A stretch of 57,727 nucleotides of DNA, filler included, from Bipalium vagum (lineage: Eukaryota), in NCBI GenBank assembly GCA_037834085.1. It is 3 parts of 3 records of this genome, joined end to end, with 100 filler letters (N's around TTAATTAATTAA, not from the genome) between each part and the next. Parts side by side here need not be neighbours in the genome. Positions count along the whole stretch, not along the records: positions 40,344 to 57,727 come from JBBMKC010068998.1; 2 more parts are not named here. One strand, 5' to 3'. Positions 40,244 through 54,500 of this stretch are shown here, piece by piece. The notes beneath the pieces were generated by a model. It saw only the letters and a program-made list of their open reading frames with translations. It was not told where the DNA came from and ran no database searches. Position numbers and translations under genes: made by a program. The stretch's first letter is position 1. Each line of letters starts with the position of its first letter.

Positions 40244-40343
40244 NNNNNNNNNNNNNNNNNNNNNNNNNNNNNNNNNNNNNNNNNNNNTTAATTAATTAAN
40301 NNNNNNNNNNNNNNNNNNNNNNNNNNNNNNNNNNNNNNNNNNN
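40244..40343. other. Artificial contig-joining gap with a six-frame stop linker
   Basis: 44 N + TTAATTAATTAA + 44 N, followed by a long (TTA)n run. Confidence 0.9.

Positions 40344-40414
<71 letters not shown>
40344..40414. repeat. (TTA)n microsatellite
   Basis: Pure TTA run at the contig start. Confidence 0.95.
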
Positions 40415-40415
<1 letters not shown>

Positions 40416-40434
40416 TGTTTCACAAAATGAATTA

Positions 40435-40564
40435 CAGTGAAACGTCTATGTTAGTCACCACTGAGACCGAGCATTTTGCCAAAAATAGAGGGTTCATGAA
40501 AACAAGTCAATATTTAATTTTTATTAACAAAATTCAGAGGTGCCTAAATTAACAGGTTTCACTG
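40435..40564. mobile_element. ~130 bp MITE, copy 2 (family of 1228-1364)
   Basis: TA|CAGTGAAAC...GTTTCACTG|TA. The reverse complement aligns with 1228-1364. Confidence 0.8.
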
Positions 40565-41284
40565 TATTTCGAATTTAGACTAAGATTTTAAAATGATTTT
40601 AAAATGGTGTTGAGCTTTATAAAACAATGACTAACTTATAATTTTCACATTTATTTATTAATTTGTTTCGAATTTCAAACACTTAAAAATTCGATTATTT
40701 TTGTGCCCTTGTCAGTTTTCTTTATTGTTTAAAGGCAATATTTATTTTGAAAAATCAGTTCCTAGGTGATTTATGCCTCCAAACTTTATAGAAATAAATT
40801 TAAAGTTCCTAAATATATGCAAGTTTAGAAATACAAATCGAAGAAAATTGACCAGAACTGATCAAACAAAAAAGCCTTTGTAATTCATCATGACATCAGA
40901 TCACATAAGTCTTTGATAACCATACAAAAACTTCTTGATTGTTCTGATTCTTTGGAAGAATTTAAATAATAAAGTATCATTTGAAAGTCTTAAAATTATT
41001 TCAGAATAATAATATAATATATATAAAGATATATAAAATAATAATTATTATTGTTAAAATACTTAAGGGTTTTATGTAAGTTATTCAGTATAACTTAATT
41101 GAATAGGTTAAATCGTTATTTCCAAAGATTGAAAAGGTCTGACAAACAAAGCAAAATCAAAAATTTAAAGAAAAGAAATGTACGATAATGAAAATACTTT
41201 GACAGAAATATAGTTAACAATTGATAAAGTTTTTTTATATACTATGCTATTTTAAAAATTATTCAGATTTTATATTTTATTTAC

Positions 41285-44200
41285 CTTAGTTCTGATATGT
41301 TTTGCTCGATCTGCATAAACTAGAGTATTTCGGCTATCCTCAAAATGAAGCGCACTTGGTCCAATATGAGCTATCATAACCGTTCTACAATTACCACCAA
41401 GAGCATCCTTAAGTAACCGGGTTAATTTACTGTCGCGATAATTGACGTATCGTTTAGTGTTGGAGTCAGCTAATTAGACATTTATCACTCTTAAGAAAAA
41501 CAGATGTTAAAACTAACAGAGAGCATTGATACAGTTCCCAAGAGCCAAAAGGGACCGATTTATATGGGCTCCTTCAGTCATTCGCTTACCTCGATTAAGA
41601 GTATTGGATGCCCTTTCTGAACCAGCTAAATCGATTAGAAATAGTTTTCCTTTCAGCATCTGTTCTTGGGTATTTCGAATTCTGGGCCGAGAGATAACAT
41701 TAACTTGAAGGACTGCATGTGACCGACTGCTGTGCTTATTAGCACCCGTGGCTTCAACTGTTCTCATAGCATTTCCTCGATTAAGTAATTCCATAACCTG
41801 TAAAATGGTAAGTCATTGTTTGAAAATAATTTACATAAATTAAAAATTAATTGAAAAAAAAAACAGTGAACATTCTCTTGGTTTAAATTCCATCCTTCAT
41901 GGTATCTTTGGAAATATTGAATTTATTTTTTCAAGTAAACAGTGATAGATAATATCTTTAATGTAGATATAATATAGATATAAAATAGGCTGCCTACAAA
42001 GTTATTTGTGTTTGGAAGATTAAACAAATTTTGAAGATAAAAATGAATTGAGGAATATATAAACGTGTTGGGTTCATTTCAACATACAAGTCCCACACTC
42101 CTTTGGTCACTCATGAGAAATTAGTCGAATTTGATTACGATGTGCTGTCACATCAATCATATAGTCATGACATTTCACTAACAGATTACTACCAGTTTCT
42201 CTCTTTACAAAATTCTTTGACTGTTCTCACCGGATTTTGACCATGGTTTTTTGGGAGGTTCTTGTTGAAAATTCATTTTACATCACCGGTTATCAAGTTT
42301 TTCAAAAATGGATTGTTTTGATTTTGTTTGAGGAGTATGTCACAAATATGAAATAGTTGAGTTAAATTTTATTCAGTTTATGTTGAACCCTAAATATCAA
42401 GCTTTATTGAATATCAAAATTTTCTTAAATGATCATCAATATTTGTTTTCGACAAACCCAACTTCTTTGTGATCTCCCAAACTGTAATAAGTCTGTCATT
42501 TTCAATAATTGCCTTTAATTGGTCTTCTTTTTTTTGAAGAGTTGCTCATTTTATAGACCACTTATATTTAAAGAAACAATGCTTACCAAACCTTGGAAAC
42601 CAAAGATCCAACCTTTAAGATATCAGTAAAAACAAAAAATCACTTTAGGAATATTTTGGGGCTAATTTTCAACTAAGTCAAACCCAATCAAAAAAGTAAG
42701 TAAATGAAAATCTGATTTCTTTCTCGGTCACATTTTAAAAAGGAGAAAATAAGTATAATTAGAAAGAAAAATAGGCGAAAGGGAAAAGTAAGAGTTATAA
42801 AATCGATTAATGAAAAAGAAAACAATTTCTATATAATGAACACAATTTTTCAGCAATGTACATTGATAAACCTTTAATAAATCTGCTTTTTGATTTCAGT
42901 TATAAATCTCAGCATCACTTTGCGTAGTACTCATAATTTTTAAAAAAATCAAATCAGTGAAAAGATTATATTAAATTGAAAGATAATGACATTAAATTAC
43001 CAGTAGAAAATACTTAAAACTATAATAATTCAAGTATAATTTTTGATCAATAAGTGATCTGCATTGACTATAGATTTGAACAATAACTGTATAGTTTATT
43101 TTACACTGAAATTAATGATTTACCATTATAAATTATTTTAAAATATTATCAATAATCATAACGANNNNNNNNNNNNNNNNNNNNNNNNNNNNNNNNNNNN
43201 NNNNNNNNNNNNNNNNNNNNNNNNNNNNNNNNNNNNNNNNNNNNNNNNNNNNNNNNNNNNNNNNNNNNNNNNNNNNNNNNNNNNNNNNNNNNNNNNNNNN
43301 TAAGAACTATTTTGTAATATGTAAAACTATAGTTGTTAAACATTTTTTTACAGATCAGAAGCTTTTAATGCCTCTAATTTCTATAATATATAAAAATATT
43401 GATATTTAATCAAAATAACATTTTAAAAATGTCACCTCATTAGTAGTTTTAACATCAATTTCAGTAAGACCAGACACCTGGACACCATTCTGGTCTTCTC
43501 TTAAATCCAATACAACGGAACTACTTCCCAGTAAATCCCTGATCATTTCATTGTAAACCTCTAAATAAGAAATTGACATGTGATATAAGTAGTCATCTTC
43601 CATGTTCTGCATTTGTTTGAATACGCTCTCCAGAGCTTTAAACATAATACCTGGTTGTTCATTTACCCCCAACATTGTATATGTTTTACCAGTACCTGAA
43701 GCAAACAAATAATAAAACAAAAATGATAAGATAGTAAAATAAAAGTTCACACAAAGGAAATTGTAATAAAATGAAACATTAAAAATCCTCTTAAACACTA
43801 TCAAAACATCTAATTATAGTTGTAAAAATTGGAACTGAGAAATATTTTTGGTGGACAAGAAAATCCAAAATCTCATTAACTTTATTCTATAATGAATTGT
43901 TATTTTGATTAATTGTTAGTTAATAAAATATTTTATAAACATAAAAATGACAATAATAATATTAACAATATAGGAACAGATCCCGAATTCAATCAACCAT
44001 TCAAAAAAATTTTTAAGACAAATATGTTTTATATAGCAAAACAACAATAAAATAACTACCAAGTAAGTAAAACCTACGAAAGAAATGCATGTTGACCATA
44101 CAAAAGAAGTTCGTCGTTTAAAGAAAATTGATAGTAAGAAAAAAAACTGGAAATAAATGTCCCATGATTTAAAATGACAAAAGCGGAGGCCTTACCGTCT

Positions 44201-47200
44201 CTTCTAGACAAAATAATGAATCGCTTTTCTAACATATTGTAATATCCGAAGACTCAAAGTAATGAAATATTTTTATAAAATTGTTCTGGGTTTACAACGA
44301 AAGGTCAAAGGTGCGATTTGCTTTTGCATCAATCTCATTTATGTTAGTTCATCAAAAAATATTTCATTACATTATGAACTCAAAGTAAAATAAACATTTT
44401 CCTATCTTTTAATGAATATCTTTCTTGGAGACAATATCTTATTCCACAGAAAACTATCGAAATCATTAATATAATATAATAATAACGTTATAATTCTTAA
44501 AATAAGTATTCATTCTTCTGTGTGTGAGATTCCTAGCTTAATAACTGTCAACTAATTGATCATTTTCAATCATACCATATCAAGAAACAATAATCCATTA
44601 TATTCAGACATATGTCAGCTTTAAATAACTTATATCAGTATCTATGACAATATTATATCAGTGTAAGCATTTCACTAACGCTTAGCATTTATTGTATAGT
44701 TGATTGTTATATATTTTATCAATACTCATTCTTATCAAAGGCAACTTTACTTTTGATTGGTTTTATATATTATATTTAATAATGTCCTCAGTCATCAGTG
44801 CTATTTATATTTGACAAAGAAGTTGGGACGATCCACTGAGAAAGGATACATTTATTTGTAACATTAAAAAAATATTCTTGCTTTCCGGTTCATTGGCACT
44901 AATCTGTACGGAAAATTACTCAAAAAATTGGATAATCACAATTTTGAGTTCTAAATTTCTCAAAAATAAAAACACAACTTTTAAAGTTTAACTGGGAATA
45001 GAAAGGAAATGAAAACTGCACATATGCTGATGATCAGAGATTTTTTTATCAAATAAAATGTCAAACAAATTTAGTAAACAATTAGCAAAAGAGATACTTA
45101 TTGCATTGTTTTAATTTTTTTAAAATAGGAACACAAATGCAGAAGCCCCTTAACTGAGGAGTGCGTCCTTTATGATTTTTGGGCTTGTATCTTAAATAAC
45201 TAAATTAGTATGAAAATAAATAATAAAATGAAATTCCCGAAATAATTTCATTTTTTGACCGATTCAGTCAAAATTTATAATTGATTGAATATAGAGCGGT
45301 CAAAAAACGATCCAAAATGTTTAGAAAGTAAAATAAATTATAAATAAAGAAAAATATAGCTAGATAATAATTAAACAAGCGATTGACTCCGCAAGTATTC
45401 CCAGGTTATGCTTAGTTTTTCTTGCAATAATACTACTTTTCTTAAAGTCTAGATGTAAATCTAACAGAAAATATAGAATTTATCATATAGAAACTATAAA
45501 TAGATGGAAATCCAGTAAATGAAAATGAATTTTTCTTATCTAAAAAAATTGAAGAAAAAACTTATCAACAAATCTCATAAATAATCTGGTATAAGCCAGT
45601 TGATTCAGACAATGTTGGTCTCATTAGGGTGAAATCAAAAGGCAGGAGGTTATTCTTATAATTTTCCAATCTTGAAATCTATACTAAAAATTTTGAATGG
45701 TTATTTTTTAGACATATCATGTGCACAAAAAAATTATTTACATCATACAAATTTAATCATATCACGTTAAATTATCAAACATTTTCTAAATTATAATCAA
45801 GTAGATAGAAATAAATATTAAAAATTATAGATAAAAAAACTGCTCCGAAGTTAGGATGAGAGATAAAGAATTGCAAAAATTTTAAATTATATTAAGAAAT
45901 TAAGAAAATCAGGCGCCACCTTCAGTCTCAATGTAATCTGATTTTGCAGTCTTGGGTGCCACCTTAATAAGTTTCTTTATAATCCCATCCGGCGTTTATG
46001 GTCAAAATATAAATAATAATTTTTATGACACTTTCAGACTAGACACTTATTTGAATGTTTAGATGAATGAAAATAAGCAGAAACATTTAACAGTAAGTAA
46101 AAATGTTCACCTCGAATAAATCAGATTAATGTAGTGATTTGACTAATGTTTCTGATTTTATTAGATTTTCCTGTATTCTGGAATCTCTTTTTAATAATAT
46201 ATGAAAAATACTCATATATTATTTTCATAGAGAAGAAAATCTCATAAAGAATTTACGTCAATCGCAATCTATTCTATTTATTATGAAAAAAATTATATAT
46301 TCTCACCTGTAGCTCCATAAGCAAATACTGTTGCAGTGTAACCTTCAAGAACTTGAGATATGAGCGGTAATGTTGATAGATTAAATACTTCTTCCTAACG
46401 AAAAAAAATTAAATGGTTTTAATTATATCAACAATTTTTCTTGATAAAACAAAAAGTAAACAGATTTTCATTAATTTTTAATGGTTAACATCTATAGGTA
46501 CCAAATATATTGTAATTGCTGGTTTTATTTGACCTAAAGCTTACAAGTTACCTTTCAGTTAAACTCGAATTTTGGTTTACCATTTTCATCTAATTACTGA
46601 TAATAGAATAAAAAAACGCAACTTTTAAATGAAAAATTATTCTTCTTTATTATCACAGTAACAAAAGTCTTTGTAGATATAAAGTATTTAAATATTATTA
46701 TATTATACCATTATGGTTTTATGATAATCGATAAATTCCTGTTGTTAAAACTATATGTCCTATCGAGCAGAGAGAACCTGCCTTTAATGGCAAGAAATAA
46801 CAATAACAAGACAAAGAAATGCTAAAAAGATTGATGATGAAACGAATTTATTTTTATCACTTAATATTATTATAATTTATTATGTTTATATTTAGCGGCA
46901 TGTGTATATTTTTATTTAGAATAAACGTATTTTTATAATTTTATTGGCATATTATTTTACTACTCAATTTCACGATTTGAACAATCTGATTAGTTACAAA
47001 AATTCTGTTTCTAATTTTAACTAATGTAAATAAATTAACGACATTCCACCAGGAATCTAAGATTCTGTGGCAAGACACGATGACATCACTGGCTATTGAC
47101 ATCTTTACATTTTTTCCATTTAAATTTATTTATTTCAAGAAATTTAATCAAATATTCTCAAATTCAGTTCTATTGTCAACTATTGATTTCAACTCTATAT

Positions 47201-50200
47201 TAACCGGTTGGAATTTCCGTCAATTAGATTTCAATTTTTAAATTGATTTAAATTCCTTTTAATATAAGCATGTGTTTTTAAAAATTATTTTATTTAATCT
47301 TTAAAAAAATATTACAATATTAAAAATCAATATAATATTTACTCTTAAAATAAATACATTATCCATTAAGAAAAAATTATACAAATTCACTAACCTTAAA
47401 TTAATCAATTATTTTTATTTTTATTTTTTCATTTCAAACATTATTCATATCATTCTTTTTATAATTTAAATTAGCAATAATAGCATTATAAATAATAATT
47501 TCATAATTAAAAAATAAAAGTAATTCAATTTCAAGAACTCTTTAGACATTTTATAATTAATAATAAATCATCTTTTTGATTTTAATCTTATTATATTGCT
47601 GATAAGTTGACACTAAGAATATATATATATATATATATATTTCAATGACTAAATAAGTCGATCAAATCAAAGTAATTAAAGGAAATATTACTTGACTACA
47701 GGAATTGTGGAAAACATGATCAAAAACAAAGCGTCGTTCTCTGCTTCTGTTTGCTCTAAGAATATCAACGTGATCTTCTAGGGGGTCTAACAATACAGCA
47801 ACCTGAAAATTTATTCATATATCATACTTTCATTCAATAATTTTCTACACAATGGAATATATGAAAAGCGAAACATAATATAATAGTCTTTTTTGAAAAT
47901 TTCCTTTTATGCATAATAATACTTTTCTTTTTTTCACGCTTCATTAACAATTCAAAGATAATCTTCTACGGTCAATTAGCAAATAATTCTTTGTTTATCA
48001 TAGAGTTTCTGTTAGACTTATGCCAATCTATGAAGCAGAACGTAAATCTTAATTCGGTGTTTTGAACATTTATAAATTACGTAATTATAAAAAGCAACTT
48101 TGCTAATAAATTGGTTAAGTAGGTTTTATTTGTTAAAGATTGCATTCAGTAAACAACTAAAGAAAGGTCTCATTTAATATTCCTATCAATCATCTTATGT
48201 CAAGTCATTAAAAATTCAAAAATTACTTCAGATACTTTAACTTAATTATTGGTTTTTCTTAATATATAATGAAAATAGTACGGGTTATACATTCTACGCG
48301 GATGGATTAAAACCAATCTTCAATTGATCCTTCGTGACAATGAATCCTAAGCGGTTGTCAATTAGTTGAAAATTTTACAAAAATAAAATAGTAATTAACT
48401 TTAATTATGTATAATTAAAATTTTAATTGATTTTGATAAAAGTGCTTTTGGCTATTTGTTTTTGTTTATAAATCATAAGTAAAAGGTTTTTGAAAAATAT
48501 TTATTATGTGCAAATGAGAGATCTGTAATTACTTTTGTTTACATGAAAATCATAACTTTTAATTTTGAATTATTTTAAAATTAATTTCTTTTAATAACAC
48601 TTAGAATTTGACAAATTTAAAGAAAATCTTTTGATTATTTTTGCATATTAATAAAAAGATTATTTCATTTAATTCAACCAAAAAATTCATTAATTTCATT
48701 AAACTGTAGTCTCAAAATGATGAATCAAATCGAAGTTTATTGTAAAATAAATTTTCATTTAATAAAAAATCACTAATTTATTAGAATTTAAAATCAAAAT
48801 TAATTAATTCTTCTTAGAGAAGTCCTATATCGAATTCATTGACATATTTCAACTATTTCATCAACATCTTCTGTCTTTTAGGAAAAATAACTTATAACAA
48901 GTTTTAAGAATTCTTTTACTCAATAAAATGACGCAGAGACATTATGTTTAGTTTATACATGGTACATTACTCAAATTAATGTTAATTATTAAAAAAAAAC
49001 TAGTACAAATAGAAAAAAAATAAATTACAACTTTCTCCGAATGTTCATTGATCATATACAGGGTGATTGATAATTAACTCCCTATTGAATTATTGAATTA
49101 TTTTTTTCTACTTATAAGGTATTTATAACATAAATTAAATCGATTATTTTCATATTAAGATTTAAAATTAATATGACCAAGCGTTTATACAAGATGGTGC
49201 TCCTCCACATTTTACTATCATTGTTCGTCAATGGCTGAATAAGCATTTTTCTGGGAGATGGTTAGGTCGTCGCGGTCCTCATGAATGGCCGGCCAGAAGC
49301 TCTGATTTAACACCCTGTGATTTTTTCCTTTGAGGTTGGTTGAAGGAGAAAGTTTATTCCACCAAACCAAAGACTTTATAAGAACTTGAAGTGCGATTAC
49401 AAGAAAACCTTTCTGCCATCCCACAGGAGTTCCTACAAAGATCAGTCGATTTGATTCCCGAGAGACTTAGGAACTTACAGACGAATGCTGGTTCACATTT
49501 TGAATTTTAAATAAAACTACATTTTGTGTTTGTTCTTTTTATATTCATTTTTCGTAAAAATAATATTCAGAAAAAAAAATATAAGACTTTTACAATAGGG
49601 AGTTATTTATCAATCACCCTGTATGTGTTTCACAAGTGTCGTAAAATTATTTAGAGATTCGATTTTTTGATGATGGGCAAAGATGACATCCTTTCCGTGT
49701 TTTTCACACAGCTTGGTAATCAAGATTCATTTTAACAGACGTATTTCTAATAATATCATTAATCGTGACAACGCATTTATTAGACAAATGTTTAACATTT
49801 TTCTGTTCGTTTAAAAATTAACTCATTGATAACTACGATCAAATTTATTAGACCATCATGGGACTCTTTTTCCAATTGAGAGAAAACTTTAACATTTTCA
49901 TAATTGAACAGTTCGAATTTTTTTTGAGAAATTTAATATGAAAATACTATTATTTAAACAGAATAATTTAAATGAAAGTAAACAGAAAATAACCAAAACG
50001 CTAAATATTTTAAAATGTTACAAGCATTTCAATTCAAAATTGAACAAAAGTAAAAACAGAAAAAATAAAGCGGTATAAAATGCTTTAAGTTCTGAGAAAT
50101 GTTCAATGTATTAAAAAAATTAAGTGTTGCAGATAAATTGAAATTAAAACAAATAATCTCGAAAAAGTTAGACAAGATTTTAGAAAATACAATTTTTGAG

Positions 50201-51565
50201 TACATGTATAAGTATAAAGTAATAATATTAATTCTTCTTTAGACTTCGTTGTAAAGAATTTAAAAATTTCATCTTAGAATAAATCATAATTTCCAAAAGA
50301 CTAGATTTAAATTATTCTATTTTTTGATATTCTATTAAAAATTAATTAAATAATATTTTAAAAATTACATTTCCCTCTAGCCCATGAGCAATTACCGGGA
50401 CGCCTATATTTATTTCTTCTTCATTCATTGGTCGAATTCTGAGACAAACCTTAATAAAAATATTAATCAATTATATTAATTAAAACGGCAAATATAATTC
50501 ATATATAAATATAATATATATTATAAAACTCCAATATAATTCCAGAGGTTGGAAAAATATTAACCTCAGTAGTATTAATATTATTAATAATAATAATAAT
50601 TATTATTATTATTATTATTATTATTACTTATAAATAATGAATCCAAAAATTCATTAGTTCACGGTAAGCATATTTATAAAAAATTATTTACAAGGCATAA
50701 AAAACCTATCATCAAAGATATAACTAAGTAGAGTGAGTGCAATGTGTAAAATAATCCAGTTAAGGGGTAAAATAGATCATTGGTGATAAATTCTGAAATT
50801 GGAATATATCCTGCTCATAGGTTCAGAATTTTAATATTGTTGAAGTTGAAACTTATTTCTAGGGGAATTTTACTTTATTTTAAACAAAATTTTGAATACG
50901 AAAGTTTAAAAATTCGAATAATTATTCAATGAAAAAAATTATAGCTCCAGATTTCAGATTAAAATTATTGATTAAAACAAAAAATTATATTTTAAAATGT
51001 TTAAAACATTTGACATTGTAAAACAATCGAACAAAAAAGTGAGTTTTTATCAAAAGTTGAATAACAAACTTTAACATGAAACTGATATCCTACGTTGGAT
51101 TAACACATTTAATATAAGTTTTGAAAAGAAATAAGAATTAATACTTAAAAAAATAAATATCTCTATCATATCATACTGTTACCAAATCTACCTTTTGGAT
51201 AATAAAGACTGTTGCATAGAAAAAATTAAGATTAAAATTTTACTTTTTGCTACAAAAAGAATTGACTTTTATTAAAACTTACAGAGTGTATTTATACAAA
51301 AAAAATTCAAGTTTTTAAAAATGACTTAAATTTCAATGATAATATTCATTCACAAAAATAATTATAAATATTATTTTTTCTATTTATTAAGTGGACATAG
51401 ATATCATTCATCAATAACAAATTGGGGTGGAGAACATTTGTCAATTTTTAATCACCTTTTAGGAACATTTTGAGAAATAATGATAATAAAAATTATTACT
51501 CAAAAATCAATACTCACCATCAGGTTTTGATCGGAATTTCCAGCTATTTTTCTACTGTAAATCAT
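41285..51565 (-). CDS. KIF19: Kinesin-8 KIF19, 5' part (motor domain, 351 codons); exons 51565-51518, 50449-50369, 47802-47692, 46394-46307, 43695-43436, 41797-41518, 41469-41285; 3' exons missing
   Basis: The spliced product reads DQNLM-VCLRIRP...[23 protein letters not shown]...YGATGTGKT (P-loop)...SSRSHA...DLAGSER...[26 protein letters not shown]...[10 protein letters not shown]. All introns are GT-AG with consistent phases. The [10 protein letters not shown] loop is KIF19-typical. The exact start codon is uncertain. Confidence 0.92.
41990..42700. mobile_element. Rearranged mariner remnant inside a KIF19 intron
   Basis: A plus-strand C-terminal piece ([24 protein letters not shown]) abuts a minus-strand N-terminal piece ([13 protein letters not shown]; [16 protein letters not shown]). 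Confidence 0.6.
43165..43300. other. Assembly gap (136 N) within a KIF19 intron
   Basis: Plain N run with no linker. KIF19 exon order and phase are consistent across it. Confidence 0.95.
49059..49621 (+). mobile_element. Internally deleted DD41D (rosa/VS) Tc1/mariner element
   Basis: TA-flanked TIRs CAGGGTGATTGATAATTAACTCCCTATTG / CAATAGGGAGTTATTTATCAATCACCCTG. QDGAPPH...[14 protein letters not shown] has 41 residues between the two Asp. Confidence 0.88.
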
Positions 51566-54500
51566 TTTCGAATTGAAATGTGGAGGTTTACATCTGTAAA
51601 ACATTATTATCACATCGATTCATTATACAACGTAATATAATAGTGGATCATGAAAATAATCATCAAGAAGAAATAAAAAATATATATATAAAATTTTGAA
51701 AAGTAACAATACTGTCACACCAAAGTCAGCTTCATTATTTGTTTAGCTTGAAATGTTTGTTTGATCACCAAACAATTCATCACATAAATGGTCATAAAAA
51801 TTAAGACTTACTCTTTAATTTAATTAATCCAATTATCTTTTAAATGTTTATATATATTCACACATCAAAAGATCGTATAATATTAAGTTAAATTCGTTTT
51901 ATTCTCAGTTTCATAATTTTATTGATAAATTGATTCATTAATTTAATTGATTTTCTTAAGCAGACACTAAAAATAGTAATAATTTAATAAATATGACTTA
52001 TTAAATAATAAATACATTTTTCACAATAAACTCTTATGAAAAGGTTGACGTTTTGCTGTCCGTATCAATTATATAATGAAATATTAAAAATAAAGAATTA
52101 CGTATGTATTATCCCGAAAATATCTCTTTTCTCTTAGAAATCAATAGATACCTACATATATATTATACTTTCACAAATCTCAATCTTTTCTATTTCTTAA
52201 CTGCATTGATTTCTATAACCTCCAGAAATATCCCAATATATTTCTTTTCTTCTTTCATACAAATATTAACTGTTTTTTGACGGATATTTATTATATCTTT
52301 AGATAATATTCCTTTTTTGTAGATTCATTGGTTGTCTAAAATTTTTCAAATTAATGAATTTAACTTGTGCGTTTATGATAAGTTTTGTTAGGTTAATACA
52401 TTCTATATGCTATTTATCAACCATAATCATCTCTATTCATCTCAATGATCTTTCTTAATCTGAAATTACTGTTTATATATCCAATGATTTTTTAAACTTA
52501 CTCCTTTTGTATCACTCGACAAATTATTTTTTGTCACATTTCGTATCACAAAATCTTCATTCTCCTTAAATTTTCAATAACAACTAATTTAGACTTTAAG
52601 AAGATATGGCCTCATTAAATTTTATGTTAATTTTATAATAGAATTTATCTTAATTTTATAAATTAGTCTTTGAATAAATATTTGTTAATGATTTCAAAAT
52701 AATAAAATATTTAGAAAATACCATTTTAAATAAATTTGTGAACAGAAACAACAATAACAAAATATAATGACAATAAAGTTCCCGAATAAAATTAAAACAG
52801 TCGTATTTTGTTTACGTTTTTGTCAATTTTACGGACTATTTTTGTTTAGTTATTTCATCTTGGCTTTGTTATACTGTATTGACTTAATTGGTTGACTTTT
52901 TAAATGATCGAAAAACAAAATGTAGTAATACATCTTTTTCAATGTGGAATGAATCAATTTCAGATAAGCTATATCAATCAAGAAAGGAAACTCGAAATTA
53001 TTTCAAAAATGAATCTATCAATCTCAATAAAATATCAATGAATTTTGTGTGAACTTCAATGTATATATGTGCAGCACGTGGACACCGGTTAGTTCAATAC
53101 ACTTATTATTGACAATTATAAAAAGAGTATAAAGAGAGATAACCTAAGGAAAAGAATGTATAAAGAGAAATCAAAAATAGAGAAATAGAAATTTGGACAA
53201 TAACCATCCACCTACTAGTGCTCAAACTTATAAAAGTAGTAAGCAGTGAGAATTAGTTATTAATATTATTTTTTATTATTTAACTTTTACTATTTTCACG
53301 ATAAAAAATATTTCCAAATAAACAAACTAATATTTTTATGAAATACTTTAATTTTTTTCATTCAATTCTGCATAATTACTTTATAAATAAAAGATGGTTA
53401 AGTATATCTTTTGATGTAACAATTATTGGATTAGTTAACAAGATATAATCTAATTTTAGAAAAAGGTTAATAATGAAATTATTAATATTTTGTTTACAAT
53501 CGAAAGCTTAATTGATTAAATAAATATAAATTAATTGACCGTGCTCCTCATTACTGAGTAGAAATTAAGAGCTTCATCGTTTATCGAAACTATATTTATT
53601 TGCTCTTATCTGAAGTGCACGGCTTCCTATGATAATTTTAGACACACTTGTTTCCATTGTCTACAAATTCTGTACTGCTTCTATTACAGATTTCAGTGCA
53701 TTACAGATTTTAAAGTTTCATTCTCAGTTCTCAGAACGAAAAAAATCATAATTCCCATTATCGAGTCATTGTATACTCTGAATCTAATTGAGATTGGATA
53801 ATGCGTAGATTATTTATTTATTATTTATATATTAATTCGATTTCTGTCTCCTTTGGCGACCTCTTCATAATTAATAATATAATTATAAAATAAATAGTTT
53901 CACACTCTTACTAGCAGAAAAAAGGTGTATCTCTTTTCTTTTTAAATTTTGATTCAATGAAATAATTTAAATGTTATTAATCACTTCATTAATTAAAACA
54001 AAAACTTTAATTTTTTTATTTAACTGTTTAAATATTTTTTAACTATTTTATAATCAGAAATATTATTTGTGAAATTTTTTGTTTCGATCCCTTATAACAA
54101 TAATAAAATAAAATTAATCGTAATAATAATGAGTAAAATTAATACTATTAATAATACTAACTTTTATTCCTTTTTTTATTTGACATGATTAGGCAGATAA
54201 ATATTTACCCTAGATATAAGTTACATTATTTTCGCCCTAAAATGGCTTTTAAATAAAAGAGTATGGAATTTATGCATAAATGAACTTAATTTTCTTTATT
54301 TCTCAATAAAGGTAAATCTTTTGCTTGTTCTAATCACGGGGGTGGTTATCTTTGATTTTTTTAGACCTAGAGTTGCACAAGCGAATAAAAGAATTTTGAT
54401 TCAAATTTTATTTTGAATTTGAAGCTATTGTTGAAGATTGCTGATGTCCTGAAACCAGATTATTTTACTAACTTAAGGCATACAGTTTAGTCGACTACAA

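Noticed and set aside
52200-52470. Possible KilA-N-like viral remnant (IMVDK*..CINLTKL, minus strand)
   Set aside because: Too short and interrupted to support without a profile search.
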